The notes below the pieces were generated by a model that saw only the letters and a list, made by a program, of their open reading frames with translations, was not told where the DNA came from and made no database searches. Of a DNA stretch of 64,000 nt, positions 27,614-38,270 are shown in pieces; position 1 is the stretch's first letter; each line of letters starts with the position of its first letter. The DNA comes from Treponema sp. (GTDB lineage: Bacteria; Spirochaetota; Spirochaetia; Treponematales; Breznakiellaceae). The stretch covers positions 714 to 64,713 of the forward strand of contig JAIRPD010000135.1 in the NCBI GenBank assembly GCA_031257195.1. The letters are read 5' to 3'. Position numbers and translations under genes: made by a program.

Positions 27614-29479
27614 CTAGTGATCTAAATAATCCTTAAGCTTGCGGCTCCGCTTGGGATGCCGCAGCCGCCTGAGGGCCTTCGCCTCTATCTGCCTGATCCG
27701 TTCCCGGGTAACGTTGAAGTAGAGCCCCACCTCTTCCAGGGTCAGGGAATAGCCGTCGTCCAGGCCAAAACGCATCTTAAGCACCTCCTGCTCCCGGGCG
27801 GGCAGGGTGGAAAGAACCCCGGAAAGCTGCTCCTGGAGCAGGGTAAACGCCGTCTGATTGGCGGGGTTTTCCACATCCTTGTCCTCAATGAAGTCCCCCA
27901 GCAGGGAATCTTCCTCCTCCCCTATGGGGGTTTCCAGGCTGATCGGCTCCCGGGCCACGTTTTTAACCGATTTTACCCGCGGGGCGGTCCAGCCCAGGCG
28001 CTCGGCGATTTCATCGTCCGTGGGTTCCCGGCCCAGGACCTGCATAAGCTGCCGGGATTCCCGGACCACCTTGTTGATCTGCTCGATCATGTGAACCGGC
28101 ACCCGGATGGTCCGGGCCTGATCCGAAATGGACCGGGTTATGGCCTGGCGGATCCACCAGGTGGCGTAGGTGGAAAATTTATAGCCCTTGCGGTACTCGA
28201 ATTTTTCCACCGCCTTGATAAGGCCAATGTTTCCTTCCTGGACCAGATCGAAAAAGTGGAGCCCCCGGTTGGTGTACTTTTTGGCGATCGACACCACCAG
28301 CCGCAGGTTGGCCTTGATCAGCCGGTCCTTGGCGTTTTTCATCATCACCCGTCCCCGGTTGATCTCCTTGGCCATTTGGTTGATATTGTCTATGGGCTCC
28401 TCAAACTCCGCCTCCATCTGGCGAAGCTTCTTTTCCGTTACCTGGATATGCCGGATCAATTCCTTTATCTCGTCCGCGGAAAGACCCAGCTTCCCTTCCA
28501 GAACCTCCCGATCCTCTTTGACGGTCAGTTCCCGGCCCAGGATCCTCAGTTTCCGGGGGGAATCGACCCGCAGCCGCTTTTCAATCCGTTCCTGCTCTTT
28601 TTTATACCGCTTGATCTTTTTGGCGGCCTGGACAAATTTCTCGGAAAAACCGGTGATCTCCTCCGAGTGGATCTCGCTCTTTTCCACCGCTTCCAGGATC
28701 TTTTTCCTCAAGGAAGTCAGTTCCCTGTCCTCGTATATGTCCGTTCCCTTGGCGATGAGCCGCCGCTTGGTCTCGATGTAATTCTTTAGATCCACCCCGA
28801 TGATCCGCAGGGTTTCCTTGTAAAACTGGTTCAACCGGCGGCGCTCGGTCATGTATTCGGTTATTTCTTTCTTGGAAAGGGAAAGTTCCCGGGGATCTTT
28901 TTTGGAAAAGGCCCGTTGGGCGATGTGGTAAAATTCGGGGATGATCATCCCTGAATTTTTAATCACCCCCTTAATGATATTTTCCCCCTCCTCCATCTGC
29001 CTGGAGAGTTCCACCTCCTGCTCCGCGTTGAGGAGCGTTTCCTTGCCGATTTCCCGCAGATAAAGCCGGATGGGGTCGTCCGCGGAGGATTCCTTTTCGT
29101 TGTAAACCAGCCGTTTTTTCTCGGCCTCGCCGTTCTTGCCCCGGCCCTGCTCCCCCTCGTCGTCCCCCAGGGTATCTTCCTCGATAAGCTGGACCTGGCT
29201 CGATTCCAGCAGGATCAGGACCTGCTCTATCCGGTCCGTGTTGGCGATATGCTCGGGCAGAAAGTCCTGTAGTTCGTCGTAGGAAAGCACCCTCTTTTCC
29301 CTGGCGTACTCGATCAGCTTAATCACCGCCGGGTCCTGGGACACGTCCACGACCTCGCCCTCCGCGGGGCGGAATTCCCCCGATGAAAGGAGGTTTTTCG
29401 ATTTTTTACGGGCCTTTTCCCTGGAGAGCGCCTTGGTTCCCCTGGGTTTATTCACGGCGGATACGGATTTATCGCTCAT
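27614..29479 (-). CDS. rpoD: RNA polymerase primary sigma factor (sigma-70)
   Basis: Region 2: [57 protein letters not shown]. Region 4: [30 protein letters not shown]. Confidence 0.97.
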   Translation of the reverse strand: MSDKSVSAVNKPRGTKALSREKARKKSKNLLSSGEFRPAEGEVVDVSQDPAVIKLIEYAREKRVLSYDELQDFLPEHIANTDRIEQVLILLESSQVQLIEEDTLGDDEGEQGRGKNGEAEKKRLVYNEKESSADDPIRLYLREIGKETLLNAEQEVELSRQMEEGENIIKGVIKNSGMIIPEFYHIAQRAFSKKDPRELSLSKKEITEYMTERRRLNQFYKETLRIIGVDLKNYIETKRRLIAKGTDIYEDRELTSLRKKILEAVEKSEIHSEEITGFSEKFVQAAKKIKRYKKEQERIEKRLRVDSPRKLRILGRELTVKEDREVLEGKLGLSADEIKELIRHIQVTEKKLRQMEAEFEEPIDNINQMAKEINRGRVMMKNAKDRLIKANLRLVVSIAKKYTNRGLHFFDLVQEGNIGLIKAVEKFEYRKGYKFSTYATWWIRQAITRSISDQARTIRVPVHMIEQINKVVRESRQLMQVLGREPTDDEIAERLGWTAPRVKSVKNVAREPISLETPIGEEEDSLLGDFIEDKDVENPANQTAFTLLQEQLSGVLSTLPAREQEVLKMRFGLDDGYSLTLEEVGLYFNVTRERIRQIEAKALRRLRHPKRSRKLKDYLDH

Positions 29480-31299
29480 TCGCCCACCCTTAGTCTGGTT
29501 AATTCGGCGTCTATATACATTTTTTCGCTCAGTAAATCCCCCTGAGTGTCCGCCTTAAGAGCGGGGTCCCGCAGTTCCCGAATAATGTCTCTTCTTTTCC
29601 GTTCCAGAATCTTGCCCTTAATCTTTAACACACCGTCACCGAGAAGCTTTTCGGGATTGGCGAACGCCCCCGATGTTTCCCCGCGCATGATAAAGTCCCG
29701 CAGTTCCCCCTCCGCCACCCTGTCAATAAGGCCCCTTCCGCCCGTTCCCCGTCCCAGCGCGCCGCTCTCCCGGTACCATTCCTCCAGAATAATATAGAGT
29801 TCCCGGGCCCGGGGATCCTCCAGATCGTCCAGGGAAAGGGCGGCGCGGAGGGCCTTGAACAACCCGGGGTTGACAAAAATCACCGCCAAAAGGTACAACT
29901 CATCCCCCGTTCGCGGGGATACCCGCCGCCCGTCCCCCCGGTTACCCCCCCGGGTTTCCGGCGGGGCGGCCCCAGGCCCCCCGGCGGGCCGTTCCCCTGC
30001 GGTCCCGCGGTAATCATCCCTCACGGCCCCGGCGTCCACCCCAAAGGCGTCCGCGATTGCCCCTATGGAAGCGTCCCGGGAGACCTCCGAATCCAGGGCG
30101 TCTAAATAGGGAAATAAAAAAGCCACCGACCGTGACTTTTCTTCCTTGAGAGCCTTACCGCGGGAAATAACATACTCCAAGTCCAGTATACAACATTCCA
30201 GGCTTTTTTTCAATACCTCCGGGCCGAATTTTTGTAAAATTTCCGCGGGGTCCTTGGGTATCTGGTCCTGTCCCTTGAAAAAACCAGCCGTGTCAACCAC
30301 CGCGCACTCCAGGCCGTTTTGCCGGCACCGGAGGATCGCCTTGAACGCGGCCTCCCGCCCCGCCTCGTCGTTATCCAGCGTCAGGTAGACCTTGTCCGCC
30401 CAGCGGCGGAGGAGCTTTGCCTGGTCATCGGTAAAAGCCGTCCCCAGGGGAGCCACGGCGTTGGCGATCCCCCCCTGGTGAAGGGCGATCACGTCCATGT
30501 AGCCCTCCGCGAGGTACACCGCCTTGGCGGCCCGGATGGCGGGAAGGGCCAGGTCCAGGGCAAAGAGGGCCCGGCCCTTTTTAAAAAGCTCCGAATCCGG
30601 GGAGTTAAGGTACTTGGGGCCCTCACCGGAGAGGAGCCGCCCCCCAAAGGCGATGATCCGCCCGCTTTTGTCCCCGATGGGAAACATGAGGCGGTTGTAA
30701 AAAAAAGCGCTCTTGGGGTAGCGTTTGGCAAAGAGGCCGGAGGCGGAGAGAAAATCATCGGAAAAAGCGCCCTTTTGGCTTAAAAAACCGTACAGCCAGA
30801 ACCGGTCCGCCGGGGCGTAGCCCAAACGAAACCGCTCGATCGTTTCTTCGGCGACGCCCCGGTCCATGATATACCGTTTCGCCGCGCCGCCGCCGGCTTT
30901 TTTCATCAAAAAATGGTGGAAGGTTCCCGTCATCCTCTGGTAGAGGTCCTCCAGGGCCTCGGTCCGTTCCTTGGCTTGGGAATCCCCGGGGAGACCCCCG
31001 CTTTCATAAGCCAGGGGGACCCCAAAACGCTTCGCCAGGGTTTCCATGGCCTCGGGGAAGCTGAGTTTGTCCATCTCCATGATAAAACTAACCACGGAGC
31101 CTCCCTTGTGGCAGCCAAAGCAATAGTAGAATTTCCGGTCCGGATCCACGGTAAACGAAGGGGTTTTCTCGTGGTGGAAAGGGCAAAGCCCCCAGTAGCG
31201 GCCCCCCTTCTTTTCCAGCCGGAGGTAGTCTTCCACCACCGCCAGGGCGTCGATTTTATCCAGCACCGCCTGCTTGGAGGCTTCGGTAAACCGGGCCAT
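29476..31299 (-). CDS. dnaG: DNA primase
   Basis: CHC2 zinc finger [13 protein letters not shown]...[25 protein letters not shown]...[10 protein letters not shown]. 4-nt overlap with rpoD. Confidence 0.95.
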   Translation of the reverse strand: MARFTEASKQAVLDKIDALAVVEDYLRLEKKGGRYWGLCPFHHEKTPSFTVDPDRKFYYCFGCHKGGSVVSFIMEMDKLSFPEAMETLAKRFGVPLAYESGGLPGDSQAKERTEALEDLYQRMTGTFHHFLMKKAGGGAAKRYIMDRGVAEETIERFRLGYAPADRFWLYGFLSQKGAFSDDFLSASGLFAKRYPKSAFFYNRLMFPIGDKSGRIIAFGGRLLSGEGPKYLNSPDSELFKKGRALFALDLALPAIRAAKAVYLAEGYMDVIALHQGGIANAVAPLGTAFTDDQAKLLRRWADKVYLTLDNDEAGREAAFKAILRCRQNGLECAVVDTAGFFKGQDQIPKDPAEILQKFGPEVLKKSLECCILDLEYVISRGKALKEEKSRSVAFLFPYLDALDSEVSRDASIGAIADAFGVDAGAVRDDYRGTAGERPAGGPGAAPPETRGGNRGDGRRVSPRTGDELYLLAVIFVNPGLFKALRAALSLDDLEDPRARELYIILEEWYRESGALGRGTGGRGLIDRVAEGELRDFIMRGETSGAFANPEKLLGDGVLKIKGKILERKRRDIIRELRDPALKADTQGDLLSEKMYIDAELTRLRVGE

Positions 31300-31302
31300 G
31301 GG

Positions 31303-32400
31303 TTATGATCGGCCCTTCACAAAAAGCGCGCCCGCCCGGATGTGGGCGTCCAGGGTTTTGGAAAAGTAATGCCGCCCCGCGGCCTCGTCAACCAGCCGGA
31401 AAAAAAGGTAATCCGTGTCCGCGGGGTGGAAGGCGGCGTTCAAAGCCGTCGCGCCGGGGAGGGAAATAGGTCCCGGAGGCAGGCCGGGGTATACATAGGT
31501 ATTGTAGGGATGCCGGATCTCTATGTCCGCGTTGAAGAGCCGGTGGGGATGGGGTTTACCCTGGATTTCGGTGATGATGTATTCCACGGTGGCGCAGGAC
31601 TCAAGGCCCATGCGGATCCTCATCCGGTTATAAAAAACCCCCGCCATCACGGCGGCCTCGTCGGGAACCCGGTATTCCCGTTCCACGATTGAGGCGAGGA
31701 TGATGATCCGGTTCAACTCTTCCGGGCTCATGGTAAGGGAGCGGCCGTCGATTTCCGCGAGCCGGTCAAAAAAGGTGTCCGCCATGGTTCTGACCACCCT
31801 GCCGGCGGGAAAGGGGGCGGGGAAGAAGTAGGTTTCCGGGTAGAGGTAGCCCTCCATGGTCGCGTTGGGCACGCGGTAACTTTGGATTATGTCCTTGTCC
31901 GCGGCGGCGGCGAGAAATTCCTCCGCCCCGCAGATTCCCGCCTCTTCCACATAGGCCGCCGCCTTTTTCAAAGTCGCCCCCTCGGGGATCGTTACCCTGG
32001 TCAGGACCTGTTTACCCTCCACCAGGGCGGCCCGGATTTCCATCTGGGAGGCGGGGATTTTTAAACGGTAGGTTCCGGCCTTCAGGTAGTCTTTTTTAAA
32101 CCGGGAAAGGATGTTCCAGAAATAGCGGCTTTTGATAAGCCCCGCCTGTTCCAGCCGCCGCCCCACGGCGTACGCGCTTTCACCCTCCCGGACCTCAAAG
32201 AGCGGCGCGGCCGGCGCGCCGCCGGTTACCCCTTCCACGGGACGGCGCGGCGGGGAGGGACCCCCCCCTCCCTCCGCCGGGGGGGCGTTGAAGTACAGCG
32301 CCGCCCCGGTCAGGCTGGCGCCCAGGAGCAGCCCTCCCCCCAAGAGACCGCTTAAGAGGCCAAAGAGAACCCGGAAACCCCGGGGAAGATTTTTACCCAC
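31303..32400 (-). CDS. mltG: endolytic murein transglycosylase MltG (YceG family)
   Basis: N-terminal TM, then LASIVEREY, YNRMRIRMGLESCATVEY, NTYVYPGLPPGPISLPG. I prefer the GTG start at 32400 (VGKNLPRGF), which gives an 8-nt overlap with the upstream small ORF. Confidence 0.85.
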   Translation of the reverse strand: MGKNLPRGFRVLFGLLSGLLGGGLLLGASLTGAALYFNAPPAEGGGGPSPPRRPVEGVTGGAPAAPLFEVREGESAYAVGRRLEQAGLIKSRYFWNILSRFKKDYLKAGTYRLKIPASQMEIRAALVEGKQVLTRVTIPEGATLKKAAAYVEEAGICGAEEFLAAAADKDIIQSYRVPNATMEGYLYPETYFFPAPFPAGRVVRTMADTFFDRLAEIDGRSLTMSPEELNRIIILASIVEREYRVPDEAAVMAGVFYNRMRIRMGLESCATVEYIITEIQGKPHPHRLFNADIEIRHPYNTYVYPGLPPGPISLPGATALNAAFHPADTDYLFFRLVDEAAGRHYFSKTLDAHIRAGALFVKGRS

Positions 32401-32623
32401 CGCCGCCTCCGGGGTTTTCCAGTTCCTCAATTTCCTTAATCGACAGGCGTTCATAGAACGCCTTCTCGATCCGGCGAAGGATCCGCCGTTCCGGGCCGCT
32501 TAAATCGCCCTCGCTTTTCTTGAACCGGGAAAAAACCGCCGCGAGTTCATCCAGCGCGAAAAAAAGACCCTCCCCGGGCTCTTCCTCCATGGTTTTTCCC
32601 CCCAGGGGAACGGGAGGGTTCAT
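32393..32623 (-). CDS. small hypothetical protein (~76 aa)
   Basis: The ATG at 32623 overlaps the TGA of the upstream MBL gene by 1 nt (TGATG). The stop lies inside the mltG start region. Charged helical sequence (ERRILRRIEKAFYERLSIKEIEELE). Confidence 0.45.
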   Translation of the reverse strand: MNPPVPLGGKTMEEEPGEGLFFALDELAAVFSRFKKSEGDLSGPERRILRRIEKAFYERLSIKEIEELENPGGGGG

Positions 32624-33567
32624 CACAGATGTATCTCCATTCCTTCCACGGCGAGGGAGATTTTTATACCCTTGATATTCATCCGTTCTATGTACCCCCG
32701 GGCGGACTGGAGCATACCGAAGAGCTTCTGGTCATCGTAGGCGGGTTCGTGGTGAAAGAGGATCAGGTGCTTGATCCCCCAGGTGGCGCTAAAATCCGCC
32801 CCCAGGCTAAAGGCGCTGTGGCCCCAATTATACTTTTCTATGGCCTCCCCCAGGGTATACTGGGAATCCAGGACAATCGCGTCGGCGTTTCCATAGTAGG
32901 CGGCGTTTTCCCCCAGGGGAAGAAAATCGTTGGCGGAAAGCTCCGTGTCGGTGGCGTAGATAAAGCTCCGGTCCCCCTCCTGGACCTTGTAGGAAAAGGA
33001 ATCCCCGGGGTGGTTCATTTTTTTGCAGGTTACGCTTATGTCCTCCCCCAGGGTTACCGGTTCCGAAAGGACATGGAAGGTCTTTTTCGAGCCCATAATA
33101 TCCATGTGGACGGGAAAATAGGGGCTCCTCATCTGGCCGTGAAGGGCGGATTCCATGTTTTTCATGGGGGAATAAAAGTCCACGCTTACCGAGGGATCGT
33201 AGGCGGGGCCAAAGAAAGGCAGTCCCTGGATATGGTCCCAGTGGAAGTGGGACAGGAAGATGTGGTATTTTTCCGGCTTGGGCCGTTCCCCGCCCGCGGC
33301 GGCGCCGAATTCCCTGAGCCCCGAGCCGGCGTCAAAGACAACCTTGTCCTTGATGGAGTCGAAGGACAGGCTTACACAGGGGGAATTGCCCCCCACGGTA
33401 CCAAAAAGCCAGGGGGGGAGGTTTTCCAGAAACCGTTCCCGGGCCTGGGGGGTTTGTATATCCTCCGGCTTAACCCGTTCCAGGACGGCGGAAATTTTAT
33501 CCCGTATCTGGGAGGGGGTCCCCGGCGCCGGCAGGGAACCGCGGACCCCCCAAAAGGTGATCCGCAT
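32623..33567 (-). CDS. MBL-fold metallo-hydrolase
   Basis: HFHWDH metal motif plus downstream H/D ligands. The start is set at ATG 33567 (MRITFWGVRGS), 1 nt overlapped with the stop of the YkgJ-like gene. The ORF-track upstream 64 aa lie inside that gene. Confidence 0.8.
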   Translation of the reverse strand: MRITFWGVRGSLPAPGTPSQIRDKISAVLERVKPEDIQTPQARERFLENLPPWLFGTVGGNSPCVSLSFDSIKDKVVFDAGSGLREFGAAAGGERPKPEKYHIFLSHFHWDHIQGLPFFGPAYDPSVSVDFYSPMKNMESALHGQMRSPYFPVHMDIMGSKKTFHVLSEPVTLGEDISVTCKKMNHPGDSFSYKVQEGDRSFIYATDTELSANDFLPLGENAAYYGNADAIVLDSQYTLGEAIEKYNWGHSAFSLGADFSATWGIKHLILFHHEPAYDDQKLFGMLQSARGYIERMNIKGIKISLAVEGMEIHL

Positions 33568-34013
33568 CAGCCCCCCCTTGTCAGGACCGGCTCGGACCGG
33601 CGCTTTTCCAGGCGGGACTCGATAGCTTCCCGGCTGTGAAGTTCCCCCCGGTTGATCCCCGGGCAGGAAAGGCTTTTCCACGCCCGGACCGAAAGGAGAT
33701 TGTTTTTCCAAAAGGGAAAAGTCCTGCACTGGAGGGGCCGGCTTGAATAAACGGCGCACCCCCCCTCCCAGAAAACACAGTCAAAATTGGCCTTTTCTTT
33801 TAAGGACAGCCATTCCCCGCCTTCCGGAGAGGGAACCCAACGGCAATAGGTTTCCACAAACTCATTATACACCATCCCCCGTGTTTCCGCCAGGAGCCGG
33901 ATATCCTGGCGGGATAGAAAAACAAAACCCGGCTCATGGCGGCAGCAGCCGGAACAGCGGGTACAGGAAAAACGGAGGCCATCGGCGTAAAAGGGCCCGG
34001 CGGTTTTACTCAT
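33567..34013 (-). CDS. YkgJ-family cysteine-cluster protein (UPF0153)
   Basis: FSCTRCSGCCRHEPGFVFL (CxxCxxCC) and a second Cys group (FDCVFWEGGCAVY...CRTFPFW). Confidence 0.75.
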   Translation of the reverse strand: MSKTAGPFYADGLRFSCTRCSGCCRHEPGFVFLSRQDIRLLAETRGMVYNEFVETYCRWVPSPEGGEWLSLKEKANFDCVFWEGGCAVYSSRPLQCRTFPFWKNNLLSVRAWKSLSCPGINRGELHSREAIESRLEKRRSEPVLTRGG

Positions 34014-34049
34014 GGTTCCCCGCTTTTATACCTGAAAAAACGGTGTTTT

Positions 34050-35036
34050 TCAAGGGTTCTTTATCCCCCGTACCGAGTTTCTATAGGTCGAGGGGGCGGT
34101 GAGGCGGATTTTTTTGTAGATCCGGGAAAAGTAAAAGGGGTCCTCGTAACCCACCATGGCCGCGGCGTCCTGGATGGAAATAGACGGATCCTGGGCGGTG
34201 ATGCTCTCAAAACGCTGAATCCGCTTGAGGGTGCAGAGCTGTTTGAAGCTTAAACCGAGCCGCCGCTTGATCGTGTGGGAGATCGTGGAACGGCTGCGGC
34301 GCACCGCGGCCGCCACGTCATCCAGGGCCACGGGCTCCCCAATATGCTCGTCCAGCCAGTGGATTACCCGTTCCGCCAGGCCGGGGTGGCGGATCCGCAC
34401 GTACTCCCTGGTCACGATAAAGGACACCATCATGGAAAAGAGGCGGAGCATATTGTCCAGGGCGGGCTGGTCAAAAAAGGGCTGGTCGTTGTAGGCCGCC
34501 TCCAGGGCTTCCACCCCAAAGCCCGCCTTGGCCCAGGAACGGCTTATCTCCCCCGGCAAAGCCCGGCCCATTCTAAACTGACCCAGCATGCCGTAACCGA
34601 TAAGTTTCCCCTCGATTTTTATGGGCAGCACCGTCTCGGAAAGCCCCGCGTAACAGTGGTAGAGGATCATCTGGTCCTTTCCCATGCAGCGTTCGCACAT
34701 CAGCTTGTCCTGGCGGCAGCAGCGGTAGCGGAGACGGAGCTTTTTCTGGATCATCCGGCAAAAATCAGAACCGGGGTTCTGGAGCCCCACGATCAATTCC
34801 TCCATCCGGGCGGAAAAGATCGTGATCTTCACCTTGAAACAGTAGGCGAAACTGTCGATAAGCCGCTGGACTTCCCCGTCAAAAAAAAGCCCCAGCCTGC
34901 CCGGGGGAAACCGGGGATCGATAGGCCAGCCTTCCTCGGAAAGGGGGCCGTTTTTTCCCTTCCCCCCCGCGCCCTCCTCCGGGCGAACCCCGTTTATCAT
35001 GGTTTTAATATACCAATAAAACGCGTAATTATCCAT
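34050..35036 (-). CDS. AraC-family transcriptional regulator with a PocR-like sensor domain
   Basis: Cys-rich N-terminal domain (FCRMIQKK..RCCRQDKLMCERC). C-terminal AraC HTH (STISHTIKRRLGLSFKQLCTLKRIQRFE...VGYEDPFYFSRIYKK). Divergent from the ABC transporter genes. Confidence 0.8.
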   Translation of the reverse strand: MDNYAFYWYIKTMINGVRPEEGAGGKGKNGPLSEEGWPIDPRFPPGRLGLFFDGEVQRLIDSFAYCFKVKITIFSARMEELIVGLQNPGSDFCRMIQKKLRLRYRCCRQDKLMCERCMGKDQMILYHCYAGLSETVLPIKIEGKLIGYGMLGQFRMGRALPGEISRSWAKAGFGVEALEAAYNDQPFFDQPALDNMLRLFSMMVSFIVTREYVRIRHPGLAERVIHWLDEHIGEPVALDDVAAAVRRSRSTISHTIKRRLGLSFKQLCTLKRIQRFESITAQDPSISIQDAAAMVGYEDPFYFSRIYKKIRLTAPSTYRNSVRGIKNP

Positions 35037-35153
35037 GTTTTTTACTTTTTTCCCTATGGAAAAATTCTTTAAGGGGTGTCATACTTAAACACGATCCGGC
35101 CTGTCATCCAGGAGCGGATCGGGTTTATATTTTAATAGTTTGAGGAGGAATGT

Positions 35154-36395
35154 ATGAAACGAGTCGCGCTGCTGATCGCCGCCCTTACGGCGGTTCTGGC
35201 CGGATGCGGGGGCGGTAAAACCGGAGGGTCCGGCGCCCAGCTGGTGTACTGGTCCATGTGGAACGAGACGGAGCCCCAGGGCCAGGTGATAGGCCGGGCC
35301 GCGGAGGCCTTTACCGCCGCCACGGGGATCAAGGTGGAGGTGAACTTCAACGGCCGGGATATCCGCAAAACGTTGCAGCCCGCCCTGGACGCCGGGGAGA
35401 CGATCGATATTTTTGACGAGGATATTGAGCGGGTGTCCAATACCTGGGGCAACTACCTGCTGGCCCTGGATTCCTATGTGGACAAGGCTTACTCCACCAC
35501 CGGCGGCAAGCCCTTTAACGAGACGGTGAACAAAACCCTGCTGGACCTGGCGAAGCGGCTTGGGGGCGGATCGATCAAGAACATCCCCTACCAGCCCTCG
35601 GCTTTTATCACCATGTACAACAAGGACCTCTTTAACCAGGCGGGGATCGGCTCCCCGCCCAAGACCTGGGACGAATTCCTGGACGCCTGCGCCAAGCTCA
35701 AAGCCATCGGCGCGGCGGGGATCACCGTGGATGACGCCTACATGGCCTGCCTTTTTGGGTATACCATTGACCGTATCGCGGGGATGGACGCCGCCCTGGG
35801 AATGGTGGCCAAGGACGACTTCTCCGGGCCCGCGGTGTCGCAGTTTGGGGAAATCTGGGAAAACATGGCGAAGAACGGGTATGTTATCCCCAGCGCCGCG
35901 TCAAACATCTGGCCCACCGGACAGGTCAACGACTTCGCCACCGGCAAGGCCGCCATGTACCTTAACGGGACCTGGCTTCCCAACGAGATCAAGGGCAACG
36001 CCCCCAACATGAACTGGGGTTCCTTCGCCTTTCCCGCCATTGACGCCGGGGGCGACGGTATCGAGGCCAACAACTTTGGCGCCCAGAGCTTTGGGATCAA
36101 CAAAAACACCAAGTATCCCGCGGAAGCCTTCCAGTTTATCGTGTGGATAACCACCGGGGAGTGGGACGCCGCCCTGGCCCAGGAAAGCCTGGGGATCCCC
36201 ATGGCCAACGATTCCCGGTGGCCCCAGGCCCTGGCCGAGGCGAAAACCGTGGTGGACGCCACCACCAAGCGGCTTCCCTGGGCGGTGGGTATGGAGGACA
36301 AGGCGGATATCAACGCCAAGATCAAGGAAAATTTCGCCAAACTGATCAAGGGCGATTTAACCGCCCAAACCTTTGCCGCCGCCATGGCAAAGTAA
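35154..36395 (+). CDS. carbohydrate ABC transporter substrate-binding lipoprotein (family 1)
   Basis: Lipobox LAGCGG, size and W/Y-rich pattern typical of CUT1 binding proteins. GAGGAGG before the ATG. Confidence 0.8.
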   Translation: MKRVALLIAALTAVLAGCGGGKTGGSGAQLVYWSMWNETEPQGQVIGRAAEAFTAATGIKVEVNFNGRDIRKTLQPALDAGETIDIFDEDIERVSNTWGNYLLALDSYVDKAYSTTGGKPFNETVNKTLLDLAKRLGGGSIKNIPYQPSAFITMYNKDLFNQAGIGSPPKTWDEFLDACAKLKAIGAAGITVDDAYMACLFGYTIDRIAGMDAALGMVAKDDFSGPAVSQFGEIWENMAKNGYVIPSAASNIWPTGQVNDFATGKAAMYLNGTWLPNEIKGNAPNMNWGSFAFPAIDAGGDGIEANNFGAQSFGINKNTKYPAEAFQFIVWITTGEWDAALAQESLGIPMANDSRWPQALAEAKTVVDATTKRLPWAVGMEDKADINAKIKENFAKLIKGDLTAQTFAAAMAK

Positions 36396-36416
36396 ATTCC
36401 GTACACGGAGGGTAAG

Positions 36417-37328
36417 ATGTTAAAGGCCAATAAACCGGTGATACTTATCTTTTTGGGTCCCGCGGTATTGTGTTACGCCCTGGTGTTTCTCTATCCTACC
36501 CTCCGTACCACGGTGATGAGTTTCTTCGCCGTGGAAAGCGTCTCCGATCCCATCGCGAAATGGGGCTTTAACGGCCTCGCGAACTACAAAAAGCTCTTTA
36601 CCACGCCGATCTTTATCCAGTCCCTGAAAAACATAGGCCGGATATGGTTTTTTGGCGGCTGCGGGGTCATGTTCCTGGCCCTGTTCTTCGCCGCGGCCCT
36701 GACCAGCGATTTAAAGGGAACTAAATTTTTCCGCAGTGTGATCTACCTTCCCAACGTGGTCAGCGCCGTGGCCATGGGTACCATGTGGATCAACTATGTG
36801 TACAATTCGGAGTACGGCCTTCTGCGGGGGGCCCTTTCCACCCTGGGCTTTGAGGCGGCGAGCCATACCCTGTGGACTTCCCCGGGCCTCCTTTTTTGGA
36901 GCATGCTCGCCGCCTACTGTTTTGGCATGGTGGGGTACCACATGCTGATCTTTATATCCGGCATAGAGCAGATCCCCCGGGATTACTACGAGGCCGCCCT
37001 GCTGGAGGGGGCCAACGTGTTCCAGCGTTTTATCCACGTGACGGTTCCCAACATGCGGGGGGTAATCCGTACCAACGTGGTGATGTGGACGGTGTTTACC
37101 GTGGGCTTCTTTGTCTGGGGCCAGCTTTTTAGCCCCGTGAACCTTTCCAACGACACGGTGGCGCCGATGAACTACATGTATGAACTGGTCTTTGGGGCCT
37201 CCTCGTCGGCGGCCACCGCGCGGGACACCGGTTCCGGGGCGGCCATTGGGGTGATCCTGATGCTGATTGTCATTGGGGTCTTTTTCGCCACCAATTTTAT
37301 CGTCCGGAACGACGATACGGAAGTCTAG
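36417..37328 (+). CDS. sugar ABC transporter permease
   Basis: Six-TM MalF-like protein. EAA loop region GIEQIPRDYYEAALLEGANVFQRFIHVTVPNM. Confidence 0.85.
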   Translation: MLKANKPVILIFLGPAVLCYALVFLYPTLRTTVMSFFAVESVSDPIAKWGFNGLANYKKLFTTPIFIQSLKNIGRIWFFGGCGVMFLALFFAAALTSDLKGTKFFRSVIYLPNVVSAVAMGTMWINYVYNSEYGLLRGALSTLGFEAASHTLWTSPGLLFWSMLAAYCFGMVGYHMLIFISGIEQIPRDYYEAALLEGANVFQRFIHVTVPNMRGVIRTNVVMWTVFTVGFFVWGQLFSPVNLSNDTVAPMNYMYELVFGASSSAATARDTGSGAAIGVILMLIVIGVFFATNFIVRNDDTEV

Positions 37329-37340
37329 GAGGGCGGCGGC

Positions 37341-38198
37341 ATGACGGCGGGAAGCGGTGTTTTAAACAAGCGGAACTTTTCATCCCTTTTTGGTTACGCC
37401 CTGGTTCTGGTGTGGGCGCTGTTTACCTTTGTGTTGATCGGCTGGGTCTTTTTCGCCTCCCTGTCCACCTCCAGCGAGATCTTTTCGGATCACATGTTTT
37501 CCTTTAAAAGCGGGCTCCACTTTGAGAACTACATCAAGGCCTGGAATACCCAGCGGGTGTCGGTGTTTTTTATGAATTCCCTGCTCTACACCGTGGTCTC
37601 CTGTACCGCCATCATCCTCATCGCCTCCCCCGCGGCCTACGCCCTCTCCCGGTTCGCGTTTCCCGGCAACACCCTGATTCAGAACATGTTCGCCGCGGCC
37701 CTGGGAATCCCGGTGATCATGATCATCATGCCCCTCTTTGGCGTCGTGTCGGCGCTGAGGCTTACCAACAGCCGCTGGGTACTGATGTTCCTCTACACGG
37801 CGATGAATATCCCCTTCGCGGTATTTTACCTTCTGGCCTTTTTCCGGAACCTCAGCTTTACCTACGAGGAGGCGGCCTCTATAGACGGCTGTTCGCCTAT
37901 CGCCGCGTTCTGGAAAATCATGTTCCCCCTGATCCAGCCGGGGCTGATCACCCTGACGATCTTTAACTTTATCACCATCTGGAACGAGTATTTTATGTCC
38001 CTGATCTTCGCCAACCGGCAGGCGGTACGCCCCGTGGCGGTGGGGCTTTACAACATGATCCAGTCCATGCGCTATACCGGGGACTGGGGGGGCATGTTCG
38101 CCAGTGTGGTAATCGTGTTCCTGCCCACCTTCATTCTGTATGTTTTTCTGTCCGACAAGATCATCAAGGGCGTTACCGCCGGGGCCATTAAAGGATAG
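37341..38198 (+). CDS. carbohydrate ABC transporter permease
   Basis: MalG-like protein. EAA loop YEEAASIDGCSPIAAFWKIMFPLIQPG. Confidence 0.85.
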   Translation: MTAGSGVLNKRNFSSLFGYALVLVWALFTFVLIGWVFFASLSTSSEIFSDHMFSFKSGLHFENYIKAWNTQRVSVFFMNSLLYTVVSCTAIILIASPAAYALSRFAFPGNTLIQNMFAAALGIPVIMIIMPLFGVVSALRLTNSRWVLMFLYTAMNIPFAVFYLLAFFRNLSFTYEEAASIDGCSPIAAFWKIMFPLIQPGLITLTIFNFITIWNEYFMSLIFANRQAVRPVAVGLYNMIQSMRYTGDWGGMFASVVIVFLPTFILYVFLSDKIIKGVTAGAIKG

Positions 38199-38222
38199 CC
38201 GGCGTTCCGGCGGACCCGTGAA

Positions 38223-38253
38223 GGGGCGCGCCGGTTTTCGCGCCGGCGGCCCC
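38223..38253. terminator. GC-rich hairpin between convergent genes (candidate bidirectional terminator, no U-tract)
   Basis: GGGGCGCGCCGG / CCGGCGGCCCC, 11 bp with one bulge, loop TTTTCGCG. Lies between the ABC permease stop (38198) and the trmB stop (38271). Confidence 0.3.
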
Positions 38254-38270
38254 CGCCCCGGGGCGACGGA

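Noticed and set aside
27656-28789. 377-aa ORF antisense to rpoD
   Set aside because: It is a shadow ORF with Pro/Gly/Leu-rich low complexity. rpoD is certain on the other strand.
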